NCBI GenBank assembly: GCA_016748015.1
Contig: JAAOMT010000777.1
Span: 128,347-192,346 of the forward strand
Direction of reading: 5' to 3'
From: Geosiphon pyriformis uo1
Lineage: Eukaryota; Fungi; Glomeromycota
DNA: 64,000 nucleotides
Shown: positions 37,856 through 51,900 of the stretch, in pieces
Numbering within the stretch: position 1 is the first letter of the stretch
Layout: each line of letters opens with the position of its first letter
Notes under the pieces: generated by a model
Database searches by the model: none
Told to the model about the DNA's origin: nothing
What the model saw: only the letters and a program-made list of their open reading frames with translations
Program-made: the position numbers and the translations under genes

Positions 37856-40800
37856 GTGGCAACTATTGAAACAATAGGAAAGAACCACTTCTTATATGGA
37901 AAAGCACTATTTCAATACTTTTGAAAAGACCTAGAAATACCAACAGGAACCACTTACACAGAAAGTGATTTTTGTAACTATATCAATGCAAAAATCGACT
38001 GCTTGTTAGGCCACACAACTGATACAGGAAAACTTGGAGAACAAATCTATCAAAGCTTACTAGGGTACTCAACAGCCACAACTACCCGAACAATCGCTGA
38101 AACTCTGCACATAATCAATACAGACATTAAATATTACATGGCACAACAATTCCCTCAAGTACAACAACCAGTGAAATCCGACCCTGAGGAATATGAAAAC
38201 GAATCTAACAACCCCATAACTGCCCAAGCCAAGTCCACGGTCAACAAAAAACCAAGAGTCCTCTCCCCAATAACTCCATCATACTATCAGACACCCCAAA
38301 GTAGAATTGTATTCAACCCACCTTTGGAAACCCAGTTGGAAACACCACGAACTCCTGAAAATCCACACCCTTGGAATCAACACAGTTGGACCAAATCACT
38401 AGGAGAATACGGATCGCTGTTTGGAAATCTTAACCCAGCAGCCAGTCAAACAGAAGGAAACCCATCAACTTGGGAACAGCCACCAGCACAAAATCTAGCA
38501 GAATCAGCATCTCCCCTGATGGAAAAAACAGTTATCTTACAACTTATTGGTTCAAGCGACAAAAAAAAGCAACCAGCATTAGCACCCAGAGAACACTCGA
38601 ATATGCGAACACCAATTCCTTTAAACATAACCAGTAACACCCCACCCATTAACTGGATCATGGCTTACCGGAATATCGCTAAATTGGAAAAATTTTTTGG
38701 TGAAGAAGATAACACATATTCTTGGATCATAGATGCCAAGAAAGCAATTACCACTAATGGTTGGAATGATGACCGCACAGTTCAGGCACTGCCATTTTTT
38801 CTGACCGGAACTGCCGATTCGTGGTACCAGAGCCTGGCAGAGAAGCCTACCTCTTTTACCGAGTTTAAACTCGCATTTCTGCAATACTTCTGTGACCCCA
38901 ATACGTTAATCCGATTGCAGAATCAATTCAGCATAATTAAACAAAAAGATCACGAAGCCATAACTACTTATCTCAGACAATTCAATCAAATCCTGCATCA
39001 AATATTAGCTATCAAAAGGGACTACTACACCGCGGTACAAGTTTTTAATTAATTCATTAAAGAATTGTGAAGTAGTATTCTAAGATTCATAAGATCCTGC
39101 CATCCGACCAGTTTACAAGATGCCGTCACTCTCGCTCATGATTTTGAGTCTGCAGAACAAGAAGCAAATCATACTCAAGCCGTTAATTTAGCCATTAACA
39201 GAACCTCTGACATCAATGCAAAGATAACCCAATTGAGTGAGAAACTAACTCAGAAAATTGAGGAATTCTTAGCCGGAACTACAGGAACTAACCAACCACC
39301 CCAATGGAGAAAAAATAACAACAACAGTAGATACCTCCAGCAACAAAACCGTCAGCAACAGCAACAATCTTGGAGATCTGATCCCCACAACTGCTACTAC
39401 TGCCAGAAATCTGGACACATCGCCTGTGACTGCAAAAGAAAGATCATGGACCAAAATCAAGGAAACCCATACCAGCAACCCAGATATCAGCAAAACATGG
39501 TACCCCAATATTCCATACCTTAGAATCAACTGCCCCTATATGCACAACAAGTTCCGTACACTCAACCACCACTCCAGAATTATTATCAACCACTACCAAT
39601 GACACAAGCAATCCCTCACTATCAAACTTCCCCTTACAGCCCATCCAGACCTTGAGCTATAGACTATAATCAGGGATGGAGGAATCTCAATAACAATTAG
39701 GTGCAAACCAACAGTGGACCATCTCGACCAATCCCTCACAGTCCTGCCCAATCTCGACTAACACCAACTGGATACCCGAATCAAGCTTCCTATTTCGGTC
39801 TTACGGAAGACCAGGGTTTTGATAAATCTACACCTGTGGAAAGGAGAGATATAGAATGAATTTTCCAATCTTCCAAGCAAACAAAAAGCAATATTCCACC
39901 AGTCACTATTACTGAAGACACCACCCTAGCCACCATATTTTCTTTTGACATCGATAATTTGAACACACATAGCCTTTTTAGTGAAGCAGCCATCAATCAG
40001 GATAAACCAATAATGGCCCTATACACCGATGCCAGAGTCGAAGGAATAGACATTAAATTAATCCTGGATAGCGGATCAGCCGGTAGCATAATCACAAAGC
40101 AGCTCATGGACCAACTAGGTTGCCAAGTAGACCATGCCACTACTGCCCGGATCATTACAGCAGATAGGAACACAAAAACCCCAATAGGAGAAATTAACAA
40201 CTTCCCTTTCGAAATTAATGGAATCCAAATTCCTACCAAAGTACTTGTTATGGAAGCTACTCAATATCAAGCTCTAATAAAAAACGACTGGTTGTCAAAA
40301 GCCAACGCTACTTTCGACTGAAACACCCAAAAACTTCAACTCATGTTCAACAGACAGCATGCCCGAGTTTCAGCTACATGCGAACACTTTAAAAACTAAT
40401 GTACTGAGGAACCCCTTATTGAATTTGAAGACACATCAATGCCACCAACCATCAAGACCTATCAGGTTTCATGGACAGATAATTATCAAACTGAACTACC
40501 TCCACCACCAACCTGGGAAGAAAAAGGAAAAGGCAGAGCCAAAGAAGAACTCCAATCGTCATCACTAGGATATGTAATCTCAGACCAAAGAAACTTATTT
40601 TACCAACCCCCAAGATTAATATGTGTCGATTGTAAAAAAAACTATCCACTATGGATGCATGTATCAGGGACAACAAAGAATGGCCCACTACCACCAAATA
40701 CTATTGCAGGCCTTGTTTACTGAAAAGATTTGGACGACCAAAATGACAAGGCAAGTGGGACCACACGCCATGTCTTACATGTGGCAAAATCCTGCCAGAT

Positions 40801-43644
40801 GAAAGACTCTAGAATGATGTGTCTGGCAGAGGAGAAACATGTGACAAGACTTGTCAATACACCATATTAATTAACGATTGGATATGAAAAAGAACCTTCA
40901 TTAAGGACGCTTAGAAACAAGCACTCAACAGGCTAGACAGTTATCTACACAATGACCACGAAATCTGGAAAATGGCAAGTGCCAAGGCTGAAGGCACCAC
41001 GTCTGAAGAAATATGAGAAATTAAGAACAACCCTTGGACGCCCGAATATACTGAACCCGACTACCCTGAGGATGATTTCTTCACAGATGACCCAGATGCA
41101 TTTCAGAACCAATATTAGGAATTGGTCCCGACTCACAAGGAACAGGAGCAAAGGTTGGCCGATTTGAATACCAAACTATGCAATTACTGTTTGATCCCCT
41201 GTCACTTCCAGTACTGCAATGAATGTGATTTTATGTTCAATCCACCTCCAAGAATACTGTTTCCAATCACCGAACTACCTGAACCTGAAAAAGAGGTATT
41301 GATCACCGAGAACATGTTGTTTCAAAATCCAACTGAGAATACCAAAACAGAACAGTATCTCATGTATCCCAACCTATCCAAAGAACTAGAGCTAAAATGG
41401 TACAGTGACAACGAGGAAAGAATCTGCCCTGAAAGAGCACATAACACCGATGCCAGTTTTGACCTATGATACCCTGGACAATCACCTATCATTATAGCCC
41501 CACATTTTCTTGTAAAAATAGATCTTAAGATAACGTTAGAAATTCCTGTTAGTACAATGGTACAAGTTGCCTCTCAATCTAGTCTAGCCAAGAAAGAAAT
41601 CGACATAAAAGGAGGAATTATCAATGCTGGTTACACGGGAAACATCATCATAATGCTATAGAACAATTCAGATAGACCCTACAAAATAGAATCACAAGAA
41701 AAGATTGCCCAAGCTATCTTCCTACCCCTAATCAAAATACTCCGATTAACTCCGGTAACAACCTGAGAAGAGTTAGGCCTTACTGCCTGAGGAATCAACA
41801 AGTTTGGATCAAGTGGAAGAGGAAATGTACCAGTTAATTTCACAGAGGAAGACAGTGACCAGATAGAATTTATCCACACCAACACTATCATCTCCATTCT
41901 CCCATGCCGACAATACATCCTCAAGGTGAATCGAAAGATCCAAAATCAAGCCTTATTATTTGAAGCCAGTCCCAAAATCTGTTTCCTAGCTGATGTTGCT
42001 AATCTATACCTACCGGCCAAAGCCCATAAGCACTTTAAAATCCCCATCCACAACCCGACAAAAGATGTCATTGAAATCCCTGAAGGGACCCTCGTCAGTT
42101 CTATATCCGCAGATAGTCAGAATCCTAAAAAACCTCAGTCCATTCCAGATTTTGCACAATTATTTTTATTCTGTGACATTACCTCACAAGTATAGAATTT
42201 GCCAAAAGAAAGTTACTTGTTCACATCAGAAGAGATCAATAAATTGAATTTAGGAAATTTAAATACTCTGCAACAAATGCAACTCAAAGTTTTTCTGAAT
42301 GAGTATGCCAATGTCTTTGCCAGTGAAAATAAGTTCGGATGCACCGACATTGTAAAGCATCAGATTGATACAGGAGACGCTCGACCAATTAAGCAATGAG
42401 CTTATCATGTACTCCCATCTGGTGATAACCTAATTAAGCAAGAAGTGCAACGGATGCTTGATAATGGCCTAATCAAAGAATTGTTAAGCCCTTGGTCTTC
42501 GCCAATAGTCTTGGTCACCAAGAAAAACGGAAAAGTGTGATTCTGCGTAGATTATCGAAAACTAAATAGTATCACGTGAGGAGATAGTTATCCCACTCCC
42601 CTCATCCAGGAAATTCTGGACAATTTAGGGAAAAAGAAATGGTTCTCATCATTAGATTTAGCAAGTAGTTACTGACAAGTTGAAATGGACCCCAAAGACA
42701 AAGGAAAAACAGTATTTACCACTCGAGACGGAAATTTCGAATTTAACATAATGCCTTTTGGACTTTGTAATGCTCCTGCCACATTTCAATGCCTGATGGA
42801 TGTAGTATACAAAGGAATTCTTTGGAAATCAGTAGTAGTCTACTTAGACAACACAAACATGTTCTCCGAAACATTCAAAGACCATCTGCTCTACCTGCAA
42901 CAAGTCTTTGAATGCCTTCGTAGTGCCGAATTGAAACTCAATTCCAAGAAATGCTTCTTTGGAAAAACTGAGTTAAAATTCCTAGGACATGTAATCGGCA
43001 AGAATGGAGTTAAACCCAATCCAGATAAAGTACAAAAAGTCAAGGATTTTCCAGCCCCAATTAACCTCAGAGAATTACAAAAATTTCTAGGATTAGCAGG
43101 ATATTATCATCGATTTGTCAAAGGTTTCTCGAACATCACAAAATGATTCCATCAATTGTTGTCTAAATACGTACCATACTTGTAGAAGGAAAATTAACAG
43201 AAAGCATTCGACTATCTCAAGCAGCGATTGATCACATCCCCAATCCTGATTTACCCAGATTTCACTAAATGGTTCATTGTCACTATGGACACCTCGAAAA
43301 ATGCTCTAGGAGCAGTCTTATCACAGATAGGACCAGACAATAGAGAACACCCAGTTGTCTATACTAGTCGCAGCACTAGCTCAGCAGAAAAAAATTACAG
43401 CACAACAGATCTGGAATGTCTTGCCATTTATTGGGCCATACAGACTTGGAAACATTATCTCAGTCAACCATTTGACCTATATACCGACCACAAAAAACTT
43501 ATTTGGTTATTCAACAATCCACAACTAGAAGGAAAATATGTGAGATAGAGTACTTATCTGCAACAATTCCCACTCAAAGTCTATTACAAAGAAGAATCCA
43601 AGAACACCAATGCCGACAGTTTGTTAAGGATGCCACAAACCTAA
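37856..43644 (+). pseudogene. ORF1 of C: gag (CCHC CYYCQKSGHIACDC), PR (LILDSGS), Cys-rich block, dUTPase (~41420-41820), RT, RNase H
   Basis: One frame apart from a 1-nt slip in the A-run at 40634-40641 that is absent from D. Ends NADSLLRMPQT-stop at 43642-43644. Confidence 0.93.
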
Positions 43645-43654
43645 TCCCAGACTC

Positions 43655-45022
43655 ATGGACACACTCACTTATCAACAACTACATCAGTACTTATCAACAC
43701 TATGTTTCAAGGAGATATTATCTTAACAGAAACAGAGTACTATATGAAAACAAGCCCGAAATTATTTTATTCAAGACAACCAACTATATCAACGAGAACG
43801 CCAAAACCACCCCAACCCACAACAACTAATCATGGACAGTGAAAGAGAAACTATACTATATAGCATGCACTCAGATTTGACTGTAGAACACTTTAACAAA
43901 GACGCTACCCTCGAAAGAACACTAAACTTATATTATTGGCCAATGATGCACAAAGACATTTTCAAATACATGCTCAATTGTGATGCATGCCAGTGAAAAA
44001 AAGGAGCAAGATCAACAGAACCACTTTGACCCATTCCAGTTAGAAATCTATTTGATAGAATTGGGATCAATTTGGTTGGACCTCTTTCAATTACATCTCA
44101 AAGAAATTGCTATATTGCTGTAGCCATAGACTATCTTACAAAATGGCCAGAAGCCAGAGCAATCCAAGTGGCCGATGCCAAAACAGTCACCAAATTTGTG
44201 CATCAAGACCTAATTTGCCAACATGGATGTCCAAAAGAATTATTATCTGATCAGGGAACACACTTCGTTAATAATACGCTGACTGAACTAAGCCAACGGT
44301 TTGGAATAAAGAGACCCTTATTGTCACCATACCACCCACAAACAAATGGACTGGTAGAATGATTTAACAGAACACTGTGCGAAGCACTAGCAAAAATAAG
44401 TCATGAAAACAGACAAGAATGGGACTTATTCATACCTTCTGTACTCTTTGTATACTGAACATTGAAACAAAATATGACTCAGTTCACACCATTCAAACTA
44501 GTCTATGGAAGAAAAGCTACGTTACTGATTGAACGAGTGATACCATCATACCCAACAAAAACAATTAATGAAGAGAATTTTGAGACTACCTTACACCAAA
44601 GAACATACCAGCTAATGGAAATGTTGGAAAACAATTGAAGAACAGCAGCTGACAATATTAGTCACACTCAAGAATGACAAAAAAAAAGACATAATAAACA
44701 CCTGCCAAAACAACCAATGGAATTCAAGATTGGAGACCAAGTATTGTTATATCATACAAAAGCTGAGAAACAGTGGAGTGGAAAGTTCGACCCAAAGTGA
44801 GACGGTCCATTCCACATACACAAAGCATTAGGAAATGGAGCTTACAAATTACAATTGGAAGACAGGATTTTAAAGAAAGTAGTGCATGGAAATCGGTTAA
44901 AAATTTATCATGTAAAACAGGAATCATCATCATCAATACCTCAACTAGGAACACAAATTTTATTAATCAGACCAGAAGATATACCACAAGATCTGGAACC
45001 AATCATCGTCATCGAAATGTAG
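43655..45022 (+). pseudogene. Integrase ORF of C
   Basis: MDTLTYQQLHQYL start, MH..H/CDAC, LSDQGTHF, PYHPQTNGLVE and DGPFHI. Confidence 0.93.
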
Positions 45023-45102
45023 ACAACAGGCAGCAAATTAAATTGGGGAATTCAAATATATATAGCATCCAAAAAGCAGCAAGAAATAATAGAAATTTCA
45101 AC

Positions 45103-45837
45103 ATGGACCTTTCAGATCAAATTTTAAAATTATCTAAACAATTATTTGAAACAATTCAAAAATCGACATCTCAAATAGAAATAACAATTGATAAAAAAGA
45201 GATACGGTACAAAAATAAGAGCAGAAAAGAAGAGGACAAGAGTTCAATTAGAACTAAACGTTTCCTCCCCTACCCACCACCCGAAAGGCAATGTGGGAGG
45301 AAAAATTGCCTTTGGGCAGAGAGTGGAAAAGAAGGAGGCAAAGAACAAAAAAAAGATTACAAAAGAAGATACTTGGTCTCCAAGCTCGAAGAAATAAAAC
45401 AAGCTTTAGCTTGTGAAACCAAACTCCCCGAAACAGGGGAGTGGACACCTAACAATATCCAGAAATGGAAAGAAAGACTTCCTCTAGCTTATTGGTTCTA
45501 CAAAATTGGAGAACAGCTTGACTTGAAAACATCATATGAAGACCTCAGCCAGAAAACATTCAACAAAAAAGCAATACAACAAGTAGAAAAATTTGTAGGG
45601 AAAAACAATCTGACCCTATATTACAAAGCAGCATACCGACTATATGCCACCTTCCAACATTGCCCAAACATACTACTGAACAGATCTATGAAAACCATAA
45701 TGGTTAACAGCATAGAATGAATAACCAATCAACAGTTTGAAGACCTACAAAAGGCAATACTCGAGGCAACAATCGAACATTACACAAATGAAGTCATGAT
45801 AACAGATATATACGGTTTTGTAGGAGCTCAATTTTAA
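45103..45837 (+). pseudogene. ORF3 of C, 244 codons, one internal TGA (probably from CGA) at 45718
   Basis: MDLSDQILKLSKQLF ... AYWFYKIGEQL ... FVGKNNL ... PNILLNRSM ... GAQF-stop, overlapping the PPT. Confidence 0.82.
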
Positions 45838-45851
45838 AAAGAGAGGAATAA
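45836..45851 (+). promoter_or_regulatory. Polypurine tract of C
   Basis: AAAAAGAGAGGAA(TAA) immediately before TGTTACC. Confidence 0.9.
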
Positions 45852-47154
<1,303 letters not shown>

Positions 47155-47554
47155 TTGGTCTCACGAGCTAAAGCTTCTTTTATTTCTTTGAGCTTGGGAA
47201 CCAAGTATCTTCTTTTGTAATCTTTTTCTTGTTCTTTGCCTCTTTCTTCTTCACCTTCTATCCAAAGGCAATTTTTCCTCCAACATTGCCTTTCGGGTGG
47301 TGGGTAGAGGAGGAAACATTTAGTTTTAATTGAACTCTTGTCCTCCCCTCTCCTGCTTTTATCTTTGTATCATATCTCTTTTTTATCAATTGTTATTTCT
47401 ATTTGAGATGTCGATTTTTGAATTGTTTCAAATAATTGTTTAGATAATTTTAAAATTTGATCTGAAAAGTCCATGTTGAAATTTTTATCGTTTCTTGCTG
47501 TTTTTCAGATGCTATATATATTTGAATTTCCCAATTTAATTTGTTGCACATTGT

Positions 47555-48922
47555 TTAGGTTTCAATGATGATGATTGGTTTCAGATCTTGTGGTATATTT
47601 TCTGGTCTAATTAATAAAATTTGTGTTTCTAGTTGAGATACTGATGATGATAATTCCTGTTTTGCATGATAAATTTTTAACTGATTTTTATGTGTTACTT
47701 TCTTTAAAATCTTGTCTTCTAATTGTAGTTTGTAAGCTCTATTTCCTAAAGCTTTGTGTATATGGAATGGATCATTCCACTTTGGGTCAAACTTTCTACT
47801 CCACTGTTTCTCAGCTTTTGTACGATGTAACAGTACTTGGTTTCCAATCTTGAATTCCATTGGTTGTTTAGATAGGTGATTGTCATGTCTTTTTTTTTGT
47901 TGTTTTGGGCATTACTAATGTTATTAGCTGCTGTTCTTCAATTGTTTTCTAACATTTCTATTAGCTGATACATTTTGTGATACAAGGTAGCTTTAAAATT
48001 CTCTTCAGTAATTGTTTCTGTTGAGTAGAACAATATTTCTTGTTCAATAAGTAACATAGCTTTCTTTCCATAGACTAGTTCAAATGATGTGAAATGTGTC
48101 ATATTTTGTTTTATTGTTTGGTATACAAAGAGTACTAAAGGTATGAATAGGTCCCATTCTTGTTCGTTTTCTTGACTTATTTTTGCTAGTGCTTTACATA
48201 ATGTTCAGTTAAACTGTTCTACCAGTTCATTAGTTTGTGGGTGGTATGGTAACAATAAAGGACATTTTATACCAAACCATTGGCTTAATTCTGTTAACAT
48301 TTTATTGACGAAATGCATTCCTTGATTGGATAACAATTCTTTCAGACATCTATGTCAGCAAATTAGGTCTTAATGTACAAACTCAGCTACTGTTTTGGCA
48401 TCAGCCACTTAAATTGCTCTGGCTTCTGGCCATTTTGTAAGATAATCAACAGCTACAGCAATATACCAATTTCTTTTGAATATAATTGAGAGAAGACCAA
48501 CCAAATCAATTCCAATTCTATCAAATGGATTTCCAATTAAAATGGGTTGAAGTGGTTCTGTTGATCTTGCTCCTCCTCTTTGCTGGCATGCATCACAATT
48601 GAGCATGTATTCGAAAATGTCTTTGTATATTATTGGCTAATAGTATAAATTTAGTGTTTTTTTGAGGGTAGCATCTTTGTTAAAGTGTCCTAATGTTGGA
48701 TCTAAGTGCATGCTATATAGTATAGTTTCTTTTTTACTGTCTTTGATTAGTCATTGTGAGGTGAAATGGTTTCGGCATTCTCATCAATATAGTTGGTTGT
48801 CTTGAATAAAATAATTTTGGGCTTGTTTTCTTATGGGTACTTTGTTCCTGTTGAGATAATATCTCCTTGAAACGTAATGTTGATAGGTACTAATGTAGTT
48901 GTTAATAAGTGAGTGTGTCCAT
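47555..48922 (-). pseudogene. Integrase ORF of D
   Basis: ATG at 48922, 10 nt after the RNase H stop at 48933-48935. Contains CDACQ and IGIDLVG. Confidence 0.9.
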
Positions 48923-48932
48923 GGGTCTGGGA

Positions 48933-51900
48933 TTAGGTTTGTGGCATCTTCGACAAACTGTCAGCATTGGTGTTCTTGGATTCTTCTTTGTAATGGACTT
49001 TGAGTGAGAATTGTTGCAGATAAGTACTCCATCTTGCATATTTTCTTTCTAATTGTGGATTATTGAGTAACTAAATAAGTTCTTTGTGATTGGTATATAG
49101 ATTAAATAGTTGACTGAAGTAATGTTTTCAAGTCTGTATGGCCCAATAAATGGCAAGACATTCCAGATCTGTTGTGCTGTAATTTTTTTCTGCTGGGCTC
49201 ATGCTGCGACTGGTATAAGCAACTGGATGTTCTCTATTGTCTAGTCCTATCTGGGATAATACTGCTCCTAGAGCATTTTTTGAGGCGTCCGTAGCAACAA
49301 TAAACCATTTAATAAAATCTGAGTAGATTAGGATTGAGAATGTGATCAATCACTGCTTGAGATAGTCAAATGCTTTCTGTTGATCTTCCTTCCACAAGTA
49401 TGGTACATATTTAGACAATAATTGATGAAGTGGTTTTGCAATGTTTGAGAAACTTTTGACAAATTAACAATAATATCCTGCCAATCCTAAAAATTCTTGT
49501 AATTCTCTGAGATTGATTGGGGCTAGAAAATTCTTGACTTTTTGTACTTTATCTGGATCGGGTTTAACTCTATCCTTGCCGATTACATGTCCTAAGAACT
49601 TTAACTTGGTTTTTCCAAAGAAGTACTTCTCAGAATTGAGTTTCAATCCAGTACTATGAAGACATTCGAAAACTTGTTGCAGATAGAGCAAATGGTCATC
49701 GAATGTTTTGGAGAACACATTTGTGTCGTCTAAGTAGACTACTACTGATTTCTAAAGGATTCCTTTGTATACTACATCCATCAGGCATTGAAACATGACA
49801 GGAGCATTACAAAGTCCAAAAGGCATTACATTAAACTCAAAGTTTCCGTTTTAAGTAGTAAATGCTGTTTTTTTTTTGTCTTTGGGGTCCATTTCAACTT
49901 GCCAATAACCACTTGTTAGATTTAATGATGAAAACCATTTCTTTTTTTCTAGATTGTCCAGAATTTTTTGGATAAGGGGAATGGGATAACTATCTCCTCG
50001 CGTGATGTTATTTAATTTTTAGTAATCTATGCAAAATCATACTTTTCCATTTTTCTTAGTGACTAGGACTACTAGAGAAGACCAAAGACTTAATAATTCT
50101 TTGATTAGGCTGTTATCAAACATCCGTTGCACTTCTTGCTTAATTAGGTTATTGCCAGATGGGAGTACGCAGTAAGCTCATTGCTTAATCAGTCGAGTGT
50201 CTTCTGTATCAATCTGATGCTTTATGATGTTGGTGCATCCAAACTCATTTTCGTTGGCAAAGACATCAGCATGCTGATTCAGAAGGACTTTAAGTTGCAT
50301 TTGTTGCAGAGTACTTAAGTTTCTTAAATTCAATTTATTGATCTCTTTTGGTGTAAACAAGTAACTTTCTTTTGACAAATTCCATACTTGTAAGGTAATG
50401 TTGCAGAATAAGAATAATTGTGCGAAGTCTGGAATGGACTGGGGTTTTTCAGGATTCTGAATATCTGCGAATATGGAACCAACAAGGATCCCTTTGGGAA
50501 TTTTAATAACATCTTCTGTCGAATTGTGGATGAAAATTTTGAAGTGTTTATGGACTTTGGCCAGTAGGTATAGATTAGCAACATCAGCTAGAGAACAGAT
50601 TTTGGGACTGGCTTCAAATAACAGGGCTTGATCTTGGATTTTTCGATTCACCTTGAGAATGTATTGTTGGTATGAGGGAATGGAGATGACAATATTGGTG
50701 TAGATAAATTTTACCTGGTCACTGTCTTCTTCCGTGAAATTAACTGGTATGTTTCCTTTTCCACTTGATCCAAACCTGTTGATTTCTCGGACAGTAAGAC
50801 CTAATTCTTTTTGGGTTGTTATCGGGGTCAATTGGAGTATTTTGACTAGGGGTAAGAAGATAGTTTGGGCAATCTTTTCTTGTGATTCTATTTTGTAGGA
50901 TCTGTTTGAATTGTTCTGTAGCATCATGATAATGTTCTCCATGTAACTGGCATCAATAATTCCTTTTTTTACATTGATTTCTTTCTTGGCTAAACTAGAT
51001 CGAAAGGCAACTTATACCATTGTACTAACAGGAATTTCTAACGCTATCTTAAGATCTAGTTTTACAAGGGAATGTGGGGTTATAATGATGGGTGATTGTT
51101 CAGGGTATTGTAAGTCAAAACCAGCATCGGTGTCATGTACTCTTTTAGAGCAGATTTTTTCCTCGTTGTCACTGTACCATTTTAGCTCTAGTTTTTTAGA
51201 TAAGTCGGGATATGTGAGATACTGTTCTGTTTCAGTATCTTTAGTTGGATCTTGAAATGACATGTCCTTGGTGATCAATATTTTTTTTTCTTCAGGCTCA
51301 AGTAGTTCGGTGATTGGAAACAGTATTCTTGGAAGCAGATTGAACATGAGATCACATTTGTCACAGTACTAAAAGTAACAGGGAATCAAACAGTGATTGC
51401 ACAGTTTGGTATTCAAATTGGCTAATCTTTGCTCTTGTTCTTCTCGAGTCAAGACCAATTTCTGATATTGGTTCTGAAATGTGTCTGGGTTATCCATAAT
51501 AAAATTGTCTGCAGAGTAGTTAAGTCTATTATATTCAGGCATCCAGAGGTTATTCTTGATTTCTTGTATTTTTTTGGGTGTGGTGCCTTCAGCTTTGGTG
51601 CTTGTTATTCTCCAGATTTTGTGGTCATTGTGTAAATAACCATTTAATCTATTGAGTGCTTGTTTCCAAGTGTTCTTGATGGAAGTTTCCTTTCGTAACC
51701 AATTGTTGATTAATATGGTGTATTGACAAGCCTTGTTGCATGTTTTTCTTTTATCAGACACATTATTCCAAAGTTTTTCATTGGGCAGGATCTTGCCATA
51801 TGCAAGGCACGGCATGTTGTCCTACTTGCCTTGTCATTTTGGTCGTCCAAATATTTCCAGTAAACAAGGTTTGCAGTAGTATTTAGGTGGTGGGCCATTC

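Noticed and set aside
40634-40641. Programmed frameshift in ORF1 (also ~30720 in A)
   Set aside because: Each shift is present in one copy only. D is in frame at the first site and C is in frame at the second.
44773-45102. N-terminal 110 aa of the 315-aa ORF 44773..45720
   Set aside because: It is an alternative frame overlapping the integrase tail. Homology between families begins only at ATG 45103.
45103-45837. ORF3 as an env gene
   Set aside because: It is in the env position, but it is short and hydrophilic/basic, with no signal peptide, transmembrane helix or fusion-peptide pattern.
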